DNA of 62,213 nt, from NCBI GenBank assembly GCA_964584075.1, contig CAZOYV010000006.1:1-62213 (forward strand), given 5' to 3'. The stretch's first letter is position 1, and each line of letters opens with the position of its first letter. The DNA comes from an uncultured Rickettsiales bacterium. GTDB lineage: Bacteria; Myxococcota_A; UBA796; UBA9615; CAYRNR01. The notes beneath the pieces are model-generated. The model had not been told where the DNA came from. It made no database searches and saw only the letters and a program-made list of their open reading frames with translations. A program made the position numbers and the translations under genes. This document shows, piece after piece, positions 9,648-17,734 of this stretch.

Positions 9648-9713
9648 CCCTGTCCCTCCTGGACGCTCCCTACATAGCCGACCCGCCGGGATCGGCCAAG
9701 CCCCGCGGCCCGC

Positions 9714-10163
9714 TCACTCCTCGTCCGGCTCCGGCAGCTCGAACGAGACCTCGTCGCCGACCTCGACCCCGTGGTCGTCGAACCAGCCCTTGTTGACCTC
9801 CAGCACGTACTGGCAGGGCTTGCGCGACGAGTGCGAGTCGGTGTCGCGCGGGGACATGTCGGTGATGTGCACGATCTGCTTGTCCGCGTCGATGAACGCG
9901 ATGGACAGCGGCACGTAGGTGTTCTTCATCCAGAAGCTGCGGAGCTCCTCGCGGTCGTACACGAACAGCATCCCGCGATTGCGGCCCAGCTTCTGGCGGT
10001 ACATCAGCCCGCGCTCCTGCTGGCCGGCGGTCATCGCCAGCTCGACCTTGAGGCTGGCGTCCCCGACCTCCAGCCGGGTGGTGCGCAGCCCGGTCTGGGC
10101 GCAGCCGAAGCCCGCGGTCCCCACCACCGCGAGCACCAGTCCGATCATCGCGGCCCTCGTCAT
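9714..10163 (-). CDS. DUF192 domain protein with signal peptide/lipobox
   Basis: ERGLMYR, GMLFVY, FWMKNTYVPLSIAFID and YVLEVNKG motifs. Confidence 0.92.
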   Translation of the reverse strand: MTRAAMIGLVLAVVGTAGFGCAQTGLRTTRLEVGDASLKVELAMTAGQQERGLMYRQKLGRNRGMLFVYDREELRSFWMKNTYVPLSIAFIDADKQIVHITDMSPRDTDSHSSRKPCQYVLEVNKGWFDDHGVEVGDEVSFELPEPDEE

Positions 10164-10165
10164 GG

Positions 10166-11188
10166 TCAGAACAGCTCCCCGCTGGCGGCAGGGGGCGTCA
10201 CCCCCAGGTGCGCGTAGGCCGCCGGCGTCAGGACCCGCCCGCGGGGGGTGCGCTGCAGCAACCCCTCGCGCAACAGGTACGGTTCGTACACCTCCTCGAT
10301 GGTGTCCTTCTCCTCGCCGATCGCCGCGGTCAGGGTCTCGACCCCCACCGGGCCCCCGCCGAACTTCTCGGCGATCGTGCGCAGGATCCGGCGGTCCATC
10401 TCGTCCAGGCCCCTGCCGTCCACGCCGAGCCGCTGCAGGGCGGCGTCGGCCACCGCGCGCGTCACGGTGCCGTCGCCCTCCACCTGGGCGAAGTCGCGGA
10501 CCCGGCGCAGCAGGCGGTTGGCGATCCGCGGCGTTCCGCGCGACCGGCAGGCCAGCTCGCCGGCACCGTCGGTGGCGAGCACGACGTCCATCAGCGCCGC
10601 CGAGCGTCCGATGATCTGCTGCAGCTCTGCCGGCTCGTAGAAGTCCAGCACCAGGTGGATCCCGAACCGGCTGCGCAGCGGCGAGGTCAGCAGCCCGCTG
10701 CGGGTGGTGGCCCCCACCAGCGTGAACGGCCGCAGGCTGACCGGCACCGACCGCGCGGTGGGCCCCTCGCCGAGGATCAGGTCGAGCTTGAAGTCCTCCA
10801 TCGCCGGGTAGAGGACCTCCTCGACGGCCTTGGGCAGCCGGTGGATCTCGTCGATGAACAGCACGTCGCCGGCCTCGAGGTTGGCCAGCAGCGCGGCGAG
10901 GTCGCCGGCGCGCTCGACCATCGGCCCCGAGGTGGTGCGGATCGCCACGCCCATCTCGCGGGCCACCACGTGGGCCAGGGTGGTCTTGCCCAGCCCCGGC
11001 GGGCCCGACAGCAGCACGTGGTCGAGGGCCTCCTCGCGGTGCCGCGCCGCGTCGATGAAGACCCGCAGGTTCTCCTTGACGCGGGTCTGCCCGACGTACT
11101 CGCCGAGGGTCTTGGGGCGCAGCGCCGACGAGGCGGACTCGTCGTCGGCGACGCGCAGCGGGCTGACCTCGCGGTCCTGGTCTTCCAT
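10166..11188 (-). CDS. ruvB: Holliday junction branch migration helicase RuvB
   Basis: [51 protein letters not shown] and RTPRGR. Confidence 0.98.
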   Translation of the reverse strand: MEDQDREVSPLRVADDESASSALRPKTLGEYVGQTRVKENLRVFIDAARHREEALDHVLLSGPPGLGKTTLAHVVAREMGVAIRTTSGPMVERAGDLAALLANLEAGDVLFIDEIHRLPKAVEEVLYPAMEDFKLDLILGEGPTARSVPVSLRPFTLVGATTRSGLLTSPLRSRFGIHLVLDFYEPAELQQIIGRSAALMDVVLATDGAGELACRSRGTPRIANRLLRRVRDFAQVEGDGTVTRAVADAALQRLGVDGRGLDEMDRRILRTIAEKFGGGPVGVETLTAAIGEEKDTIEEVYEPYLLREGLLQRTPRGRVLTPAAYAHLGVTPPAASGELF

Positions 11189-11250
11189 CGGTCCTCTCGG
11201 TCCGCAGCCTATCGTGCCCGACGAACAGGCGCGCCTCTCGGAGACGGCTT

Positions 11251-11328
11251 GAACCGCAGAGCGCGCCGAGCGCGCGGAGTTCGTATTCTACGAGGAACCC
11301 TCCGCGTTCTCAGCGCTCTCCGCGGTTC
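11251..11328. repeat. Imperfect 78-nt hairpin element with 9-nt-period arms between ruvA and ruvB
   Basis: GAACCGCAGAG-CGCGCCGAG-CGCGCGGAG ... CTCCGCGTT-CTCAGCGCT-CTCCGCGGTTC. Confidence 0.75.
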
Positions 11329-11366
11329 CATCGCAACCTCCCGCCGGTGCCGGGTCCCTTCTCGCC

Positions 11367-11984
11367 TCACCGGCCCTTCGGCGTCAGCTTCGTCAGCGCC
11401 CGGCGGAGCAGCTCGTCGAGGGGCTCGTCGGGGCCCGCGTCGAGGCCCCGCAGCGCCGCCGCGATCTCCGGGCGCTTGAACCCGAGCCCGCTCAGCGCGT
11501 CCACCAGATCCCGCTGCACGCCCGGGCCCGCCGGGGCCGCCGCCACCGCCCCCGGCACGCCGGCGCCGCCCTGCGGCCGCGCCCCGGGGAGCTTGTCGCG
11601 CAGCTCCAGCACCATCCGCGCCGCGCTCTTCTTGCCCACCCCGGGCACCAGCGACAGCCGCTTCTCGTCGCCGAGCAGGATCGCGTCGTACAGGTCGGCC
11701 GGCGTCAGGTGGCCGAGGATCTGCAGGGCCAGTTTGGGCCCGATCTGGCTGACGCTGTTCAGCGCCAGGTACAGGTCGCGCTCCTCGCTGGAGGCGAACC
11801 CGTACAGCGTGATCGCGTCCTCGCGCACCGAGGTCTGGATCACCAGCGAGACGGTCTCCCCGCGCTCCGGCAGGGCCGCCAGGGTGGTGGCGGTGACGGT
11901 GACGTGGAAGCCGACGCCGCCCACGTCGACCACCACCCAGCCGTCGCCGATCTGGGACAGCTCCCCGCACAGCGACGCGATCAT
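11367..11984 (-). CDS. ruvA: Holliday junction branch migration protein RuvA
   Basis: MIASLCG, DVGGVG, VREDAITLYGF, IGPKLAL, VPGVGKKSAARMVLELRDK and ALSGLGF. Confidence 0.97.
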   Translation of the reverse strand: MIASLCGELSQIGDGWVVVDVGGVGFHVTVTATTLAALPERGETVSLVIQTSVREDAITLYGFASSEERDLYLALNSVSQIGPKLALQILGHLTPADLYDAILLGDEKRLSLVPGVGKKSAARMVLELRDKLPGARPQGGAGVPGAVAAAPAGPGVQRDLVDALSGLGFKRPEIAAALRGLDAGPDEPLDELLRRALTKLTPKGR

Positions 11985-12508
11985 CGGCGCCTCCTGAGCT
12001 GGGCCACCGCCTCGGCGGCGGTCAGCTTCTCGGCCAGCGGCGCGGCGTGGGCGTGGCAGATCGCCACGGCCAGCGCGTCGGTGGCGTCGGCGGGCAGGTC
12101 GAAGCGTCGCCCCAGCAGGGTCTCGACCATCATCCGCACCTGGCCCTTGTCCGCGCGGCCCGCGCCCGCCACCGCGCGCTTGACCCGGGCGGGCGGGTAC
12201 TCGTGGATCGGCAGCCCGGCCTGCACCGCGGCGAGGATCGCCACACCCCGCGCCTGGCCGAGCTTCAGCGCGGTGGCCGCGTTCTTGGCGTGGAACACCG
12301 ACTCGACGGCGGCCTCGTCGGGCGCGATCCGGCCGATCGCCGCCGACAGCTCCCGGTGGATCGTGGCCAGCCGGTCGGGGAACGGCTGGCCCGACGGCGT
12401 CTTGACCACGCCGGCGTCGACGCACACCAGCCGGCCGCCCTCCTCGCGGACCGCGCCGTACCCCGTGATCACGCTTCCGGGATCGATGCCAAGGACGATC
12501 CCGCTCAC
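11981..12508 (-). CDS. ruvC: Crossover junction endodeoxyribonuclease RuvC
   Basis: VLGIDPG, VESVF, LKLGQARG and DATDALAVA catalytic acidic residues. GTGA and ATGA overlaps with both neighbours. Confidence 0.97.
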   Translation of the reverse strand: MSGIVLGIDPGSVITGYGAVREEGGRLVCVDAGVVKTPSGQPFPDRLATIHRELSAAIGRIAPDEAAVESVFHAKNAATALKLGQARGVAILAAVQAGLPIHEYPPARVKRAVAGAGRADKGQVRMMVETLLGRRFDLPADATDALAVAICHAHAAPLAEKLTAAEAVAQLRRRR

Positions 12509-13263
12509 GTGCTGTCCGCGATGCGGTTCATCTCTTCGTCGGAGATATCGAAGTTGGCGTAGACGTGCTGGACGTCGTCGAGGTCCTCGAGCAGCTCGAT
12601 CAGGGTCAACATCTTCTCGGCGGTGTCGCCCTCGAGGGGCACGGTCGTGTTGGGCACCAGCGTCAGGCCGACCTCGCCGATCGGCACGCCGGCGTCCTCC
12701 AGCGCCTTGCGCACGGAGTCGAGCTCGTCGGGGGCGGTGAGCACCTCGAACTCGTCGCCCTCGTTCTCCATCTCCTCGGCGCCGGCCTCGAGGACGTGCT
12801 CGAAGACCTCGTCCTCGTCGAGGCCCTCGCCGGGGATCGTCAGCCGCCCGCGGCGGGTGAACGCCGACACCGCGCAGCCGGACTTGCCCAGGCTGCCGCC
12901 GCGCTTGGTCAGCAGGTGCTTGACCTCGGGGCCGGTGCGGTTCTTGTTGTCGGTCAGGCACTCCACCACGATCGCCACGCCGCCGGGGGCGTAGCCCTCG
13001 TAGCTGATCTCGATCAGCTCGGCGCCGTCGTCGCCGCCGACCGCCTTCTTGACCGCGCGATCGATGTTGGCGTTGGGCATGTTGGCGGCCTTGGCGGTCT
13101 GGATCGCGGCCCGCAGGCGGGGGTTGGACTCCGGATCGCCTCCCCCCCCGGAGCGGGCGGCGACGGTGATCTCGCGGATGATCTTGGTGAACAGCTTGCC
13201 GCGTGCGGCGTCCGCTGCCCCCTTCTTGCGCTTGATCGTCGACCACTTGCTGTGACCGGACAT
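12505..13263 (-). CDS. yebC: YebC/PmpR family DNA-binding regulator
   Basis: MSGHSKWSTIKRKKG, NPRLRAA, YEGYAPGG, LTDNKNRT and DDVQHVYAN. Confidence 0.97.
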   Translation of the reverse strand: MSGHSKWSTIKRKKGAADAARGKLFTKIIREITVAARSGGGGDPESNPRLRAAIQTAKAANMPNANIDRAVKKAVGGDDGAELIEISYEGYAPGGVAIVVECLTDNKNRTGPEVKHLLTKRGGSLGKSGCAVSAFTRRGRLTIPGEGLDEDEVFEHVLEAGAEEMENEGDEFEVLTAPDELDSVRKALEDAGVPIGEVGLTLVPNTTVPLEGDTAEKMLTLIELLEDLDDVQHVYANFDISDEEMNRIADST

Positions 13264-13340
13264 CGACTCCCTCTCTCTCGCGGATGCGCTCGCGAGGGCC
13301 GCGCGGATGCGGGCCCGCGCGCGGGCCCAGGACCAGGCTC

Positions 13341-13369
13341 GTTCTACCATTGCGGGTGCGCGTCGACAA
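13341..13369 (-). promoter_or_regulatory. Candidate sigma70 promoter for the yebC-ruv operon
   Basis: Minus strand TTGTCG-N17-TAGAAC with an extended TG. Confidence 0.45.
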
Positions 13370-13544
13370 GACGACAGGGCCGTGACGCGGGCGGTCTGTC
13401 GAGGCCCCTGCGAGCCCTGTGCAACCCGAGGTGCTGTGGTATGCTAGAGCCGCCCTGGAGTGAGGGGGAGAGCCGAGCTCTCGGGGGTCGACACTGCACG
13501 CGGGCTGGGAGCGCTTCGGCCCGATAGAGCCTCAGGAGGCCCGG

Positions 13545-13910
13545 GTGCCGAACGGTACCTCCAACTCCTCTCGGGATCACCGCGTCGCTGCGCGCTGTCC
13601 GCTGTTCGTCGAGGTCCAGGTCCGCGACCGGACCGGGGTCTACTTCCACCGCGCCCGCAACATCAGCGCCGGGGGGCTGTTCATCGACGCCCCGGTCCCG
13701 CTCGACGAGGGCACCGAGATCACGCTGCACTTCCGCCTGCCGGGCGGCAAGAACATCGACGTCGCCGGCAAGGTCGTGTGGACCACCAAGATGGCCGGGG
13801 TGCCGGTGCCGTACCCGGGGATGGGGGTGTCGTTCCTCGAGCCCAGCCCCGAGGCGCAGCAGGCGATCACGGCCTACGTCGCCGCGTTCGCCGGCGACAA
13901 CGGCCAGTAG
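13545..13910 (+). CDS. Stand-alone PilZ domain protein (myxobacterial TIGR02266-like)
   Basis: RDHRVAAR, ARNISAGGLFI, GKVVW and PGMGVSF. Confidence 0.85.
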   Translation: MPNGTSNSSRDHRVAARCPLFVEVQVRDRTGVYFHRARNISAGGLFIDAPVPLDEGTEITLHFRLPGGKNIDVAGKVVWTTKMAGVPVPYPGMGVSFLEPSPEAQQAITAYVAAFAGDNGQ

Positions 13911-13916
13911 CCCGCG

Positions 13917-15716
13917 CTACTCGGTCCGCTTCAGGACCAGGAACCCCGCCGGCAGCTCCAGCACGCTGGAGACGTCGCCGACCCCCATCGGCGCCAGCGC
14001 GTCGGCGATCACCGGCTGCAGGTCCGCGATCACCACCCGCCCGATGTCGCCGCCCTTGCTCGCGGTGGGCCCCTTGCTGTGGGCCCGGGCCAGGGCCGCG
14101 AAGTCCTCGCCGGCGCGCGCGCGGGCGACGAGGTCGTCCGCCAGCGCCCGGTCCTTGACGAAGATCTGGCTGACGCGGATCGTCGGCGAGCTGGCGCGGA
14201 TCTCGCCCCGCTGCTGGGCCCGCACGTCCTGGATCATCATCCCGACCGCGGAGACCATCTCGGAGCTGACGTGGCGCTGCAGCTCCTCGAGCTCCAGGAC
14301 GGCGTCGTCGTACTGGCCCTGCTGGACCAGCAGCGCGGCCAGCTGGTGGCGGGCGTAGTTGAACGTCGGGTCGGCGCGCAGCACCCCCCGCAGGGTCTGC
14401 TCGGCCTTGTCCCACTGCTCGGCGTTGACGTACGCCCCGGCCAGCTCGATCCGCAGCGCCAGGTCCGCCGGCGTCAGCTTGGTGGCGCGCAGGAAGTAGC
14501 TGGCCGCCAGCTCGGCCCGCTCCTGGAGCAGGTAGACCATCCCCATCCCGCGCAGCGCCTCGACGTTCGCCGGGTCCAGCGCCAGCGCCTGCTGCAGGCT
14601 GGCCTCGGCCTCGGTGTAGCGCTCCTCGCCGATCATCAGCACCGCCAGCGAGGCGTGGCTGACCGCGTAGCCGGGCTCCAGATCGATCGCCCTGCGGATC
14701 GCCTCCTCGGCCTCGGTGTTCCGCTGCAGCGCTGCGAGGCAGATCCCGCGGTTGAGGTGGGCGAGGGCGAAGTCCGGGGCCAGCGCGAGGGCCTCGTCGA
14801 ACGACGCCAGCGCGGCCTCGGGGGTGAACGACAGCGCCTCCAGCCCGGTGCGGAACGGGGTGAACACCTCGCGGGGGGCGCCACCGGCGACGACGTAGGC
14901 GGTCACCGCGCGCAGGTCGCGCAGGTACTCGTCGCGGGGGTCGAGCTTGAGCCCCTCGTCGAAGGCGTCCAGGGCCTCCTGCTCGCGGTGCAGCTTGAAG
15001 TACACCGTGCCCAGCTCCAGGTAGACCATCGGGTTGTGCTCGTCGAGCCGGACCGACTCCTCGAGCAGCTCCAGCGCCTCGTCGTAGCGCTCGTGGTGGG
15101 CCAGGTAGGTGCCCAGGTAGAAGTACGCCTCGGGCTCCCCGGGGGCCATCTCGATCGCCCGCCGGTAGGCCGCCACCGCCTCGTCCTCGCGCTCGGTGGC
15201 GAGGTACAGGCTGGCCAGGTGGTTGTGCGCCTCGATCAGGTCGGGGCGCAGCTCGATCGCCTTCTCGAACCCGGCGATCGCGCCGTCGATGTCGTCGCGC
15301 AGCGCTGCCGCCGCGCCCAGCCCGTGGTGGGCCCAGGCGAAGTCGGGGTCCAGCTGCAGGGCCTTCTCGAACTCGGCCTCGGCGATCTTGGGATCGTTGG
15401 TCGCCCGGCCGTACAGGTAGTGCGCGGCGGGGTCGCCGGGGTTGCGGTCGAGCGCCATCTTGTAGAACTGGATGGCGTCCTCGGAGCGGCCCTGGGCGGC
15501 CAGCAGGTCGATGTACAGGCGGTGGCCGTCGACGAAGTCGGGGGCCACCTGGAGCAGGTCGTACAGCTCGGCCTGGGCCTCGGCCAGGCGGTTCTGGTGG
15601 ACCAGGTCCTTGGTCGCCTGGTAGCGACGTTCCACCTCGGGGGTCAGCTCCCCGGCGTGGACCGGTAGCCCCAGCAGCAGCACGAGCAGGGCGAGGGCCG
15701 CGTGGCGGGTCATCAT
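13917..15716 (-). CDS. Secreted TPR-repeat protein with a C-terminal parvulin-type PPIase domain (~599 aa)
   Basis: GGAGG RBS before MMTRH. Signal peptide. More than ten TPR units (xLDPxxxxA). C-terminal GEDFAALARAHSKGPTASKGGDIG. Confidence 0.85.
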   Translation of the reverse strand: MMTRHAALALLVLLLGLPVHAGELTPEVERRYQATKDLVHQNRLAEAQAELYDLLQVAPDFVDGHRLYIDLLAAQGRSEDAIQFYKMALDRNPGDPAAHYLYGRATNDPKIAEAEFEKALQLDPDFAWAHHGLGAAAALRDDIDGAIAGFEKAIELRPDLIEAHNHLASLYLATEREDEAVAAYRRAIEMAPGEPEAYFYLGTYLAHHERYDEALELLEESVRLDEHNPMVYLELGTVYFKLHREQEALDAFDEGLKLDPRDEYLRDLRAVTAYVVAGGAPREVFTPFRTGLEALSFTPEAALASFDEALALAPDFALAHLNRGICLAALQRNTEAEEAIRRAIDLEPGYAVSHASLAVLMIGEERYTEAEASLQQALALDPANVEALRGMGMVYLLQERAELAASYFLRATKLTPADLALRIELAGAYVNAEQWDKAEQTLRGVLRADPTFNYARHQLAALLVQQGQYDDAVLELEELQRHVSSEMVSAVGMMIQDVRAQQRGEIRASSPTIRVSQIFVKDRALADDLVARARAGEDFAALARAHSKGPTASKGGDIGRVVIADLQPVIADALAPMGVGDVSSVLELPAGFLVLKRTE

Positions 15717-15888
15717 CGTTCCTCCGGACGGCGGGCAGAGGATAGTTACCAGCATGCCGCGGGCAACACAAATGGAACGCGTCCGTTCGAAAGGAACCGC
15801 GGGCGCCCGGGCGCCCTGGACAGCTCGCGACGCCGCGTGGAACAATCGGAGCGGGCCCCCTTGCCCGCGGGAAGCGAGCGTTGAAGTG

Positions 15889-17289
15889 ATGCGCAGAAGC
15901 TGGATGTTCCGTCCCGTCGCGTTCGTGGTCGCCGCGCTGATCGGCGCCGGCTTCCCCGGGATCGTCGGGCTCGGCGACCTCGGCGTCGCCCACGCCGCGG
16001 ACGCCACGACCATCGCCGTGCTCGGCGTCCACGGCCACCGCGACATCTCACGGTCGGAGCTCGACGACCTGACCGACGACCTGATCGCCTCCCTCGAGGA
16101 CGCCGGCGGCTACGTGCCGGTGCGGCCCGAGCAGTACGGCCGCAGCGTCTGGGACCAGCGCAACGCGATCCTCCAGGCGGTGTTCCTCGGCTCGGCCGAG
16201 TCCGGGCTGCAGGAGGGGCGGGTGCTGTACGACAACGCCCAGTTCCAGGGCGCGCTGGCCAGCCTCGAGAAGGCCGAAGGCTCGCTGGAGCGCGGCATCG
16301 AGTTCCTGCGCGAGCCCAAGCTGCTCGTCGAGATCCACCTCTACGAGGGCCTGGCCAACATGGCGCTGGGCGACATCGAGGCCGCCGAGACCCACTTCGA
16401 GGAGGTGGCCCGCACCGACCCGGCCCGCACCCTCGACCCGGTCCGCACCCCGCCCAAGATGCTCGAGGCGTTCGAGGCGGCCAAGACCCGCGTGGCCGAG
16501 TCCGGCGTGGCCACGATGGAGATCACCTCGGGGGGCGCCGACGGCGCCGACGTGTACCTCAACGGGCTGCGCTCGGGCAGCACCCCCACCGTTCTGGAGG
16601 TCCCGCCGGGCCGCTACCACATCACCGTGCACCACCCCGAGGTCGGCTGGGACTACCAGGACGAGACGGTCTACGCGGGCGACGACGTGCTGCTCGACTT
16701 CGAGCTCGACGACCGCGGGATCCGCGGGCTGGGCAAGGAGAAGCAGGAGTCGTCGCGCAGCCGCAAGGTCCAGTCGCTGTACCGCTCGCTGTCCGACGCG
16801 GTGGAGGCCGACCTGCTGCTGCTGGCCTCGGTCGACGAGGGCGACAACCTGCACCTGCAGCTGTACAGCCCGCGCTCCGAGGTGTTCTCCAAGGAGGTCT
16901 CGGGCCTGGTGACCCCGGGCGGGTCCCGGGACGCCCAGGCGTTCGACGAGCTCGTCGACCAGGTGCTGCGCTTCGAGGACGGCGTCGGCGGGATCCGCCC
17001 CGACGACACCGACACCAAGATGATCCCGGTGTACCTCGGCCGCAACCCGACGCTGAACCGCTTCCTGATGGGCACCCAGCCCGCCGAGCGGGTCGTGATC
17101 CAGCAGGTCGAGGTCGGCGGCGGCGGGGGCCCCACCGTCAAGAAGCCGGTCCACCAGCGCCCGCTGTTCTGGATCCTGATCGGCACCGCCATCGCCGGCG
17201 GCGCCGCGGCCGGCATCGCCGGCGGCGTCTACGCCAACCAGGACCCGGTCCTCGGCAACGGCACGGTCACGGTCGTGATCGAGCCCTGA
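15889..17289 (+). CDS. PEGA domain-containing exported protein with TPR-like helices and a C-terminal TM segment
   Basis: Signal peptide. ITSGGADGADVYLNG..GSTP..LEVPPGRYHITV (PEGA). Hydrophobic C-terminus PLFWILIG. Confidence 0.75.
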   Translation: MRRSWMFRPVAFVVAALIGAGFPGIVGLGDLGVAHAADATTIAVLGVHGHRDISRSELDDLTDDLIASLEDAGGYVPVRPEQYGRSVWDQRNAILQAVFLGSAESGLQEGRVLYDNAQFQGALASLEKAEGSLERGIEFLREPKLLVEIHLYEGLANMALGDIEAAETHFEEVARTDPARTLDPVRTPPKMLEAFEAAKTRVAESGVATMEITSGGADGADVYLNGLRSGSTPTVLEVPPGRYHITVHHPEVGWDYQDETVYAGDDVLLDFELDDRGIRGLGKEKQESSRSRKVQSLYRSLSDAVEADLLLLASVDEGDNLHLQLYSPRSEVFSKEVSGLVTPGGSRDAQAFDELVDQVLRFEDGVGGIRPDDTDTKMIPVYLGRNPTLNRFLMGTQPAERVVIQQVEVGGGGGPTVKKPVHQRPLFWILIGTAIAGGAAAGIAGGVYANQDPVLGNGTVTVVIEP

Positions 17290-17350
17290 GTCAGCAGCTC
17301 GCGGTACGGACGGATCCCCCACTACGCCGTGGTTCTCGAGCGTGGGGATC

Positions 17351-17610
17351 GAACCGCGGAGACCGCGGAGCGCGCGGAGGGGGGGGAGGGGATTGAACCA
17401 CAGAGCACACGGAGCACACGGAAGAAGACGGGAGGAAGGGGGGAACGGAACAGCGGGACAAGCTGAGACGCTACCCTCTGCATTCTCGGCGACCTCGGCG
17501 GTTTCACCCCTCCTTCTGCCTCTCTCTGGGCTCTCGGTGGCCTCTGGGGTTCCGTCATCCTCTTCTTGCTCTTCCTCCTCCAGCGCGTCCTCGGCGCCCA
17601 CCGCGGTTCA
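17351..17610. repeat. Cluster of five 9-nt-period arms of the same family (two forward, three inverted)
   Basis: Arms at about 17351, 17395 (forward) and 17476, 17523, 17578 (reverse), consensus AACCnCnGAG(nnCnCnGAG)2. Confidence 0.7.
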
Positions 17611-17648
17611 TTCCCCCTCCCGTCACGCCCCGGGCACCAACCTGCCCC

Positions 17649-17677
17649 TTGACGGCTGACTTCGTACGTTTTATACA
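17649..17677 (+). promoter_or_regulatory. Candidate sigma70 promoter of the RND operon
   Basis: TTGACG-N17-TATACA in an AT-rich patch; TACATT at a 19-nt spacing is an alternative -10. Confidence 0.6.
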
Positions 17678-17695
17678 TTTCGTCCCGAAACGTAC
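17664..17695. promoter_or_regulatory. Candidate TetR operator
   Basis: Perfect inverted repeat GTACGTTT-N16-AAACGTAC overlapping the -10 region. A TetR gene lies in the downstream operon. Confidence 0.55.
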
Positions 17696-17734
17696 AAAAA
17701 GGCTGAATCGGATTCAGCCGACTGCGAGGGACCG

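Noticed and set aside
13380-13545. Possible 6S-like or other ncRNA in the yebC-PilZ spacer
   Set aside because: I could not fold a convincing long hairpin with a central bubble by eye. An Rfam cmscan would settle it.
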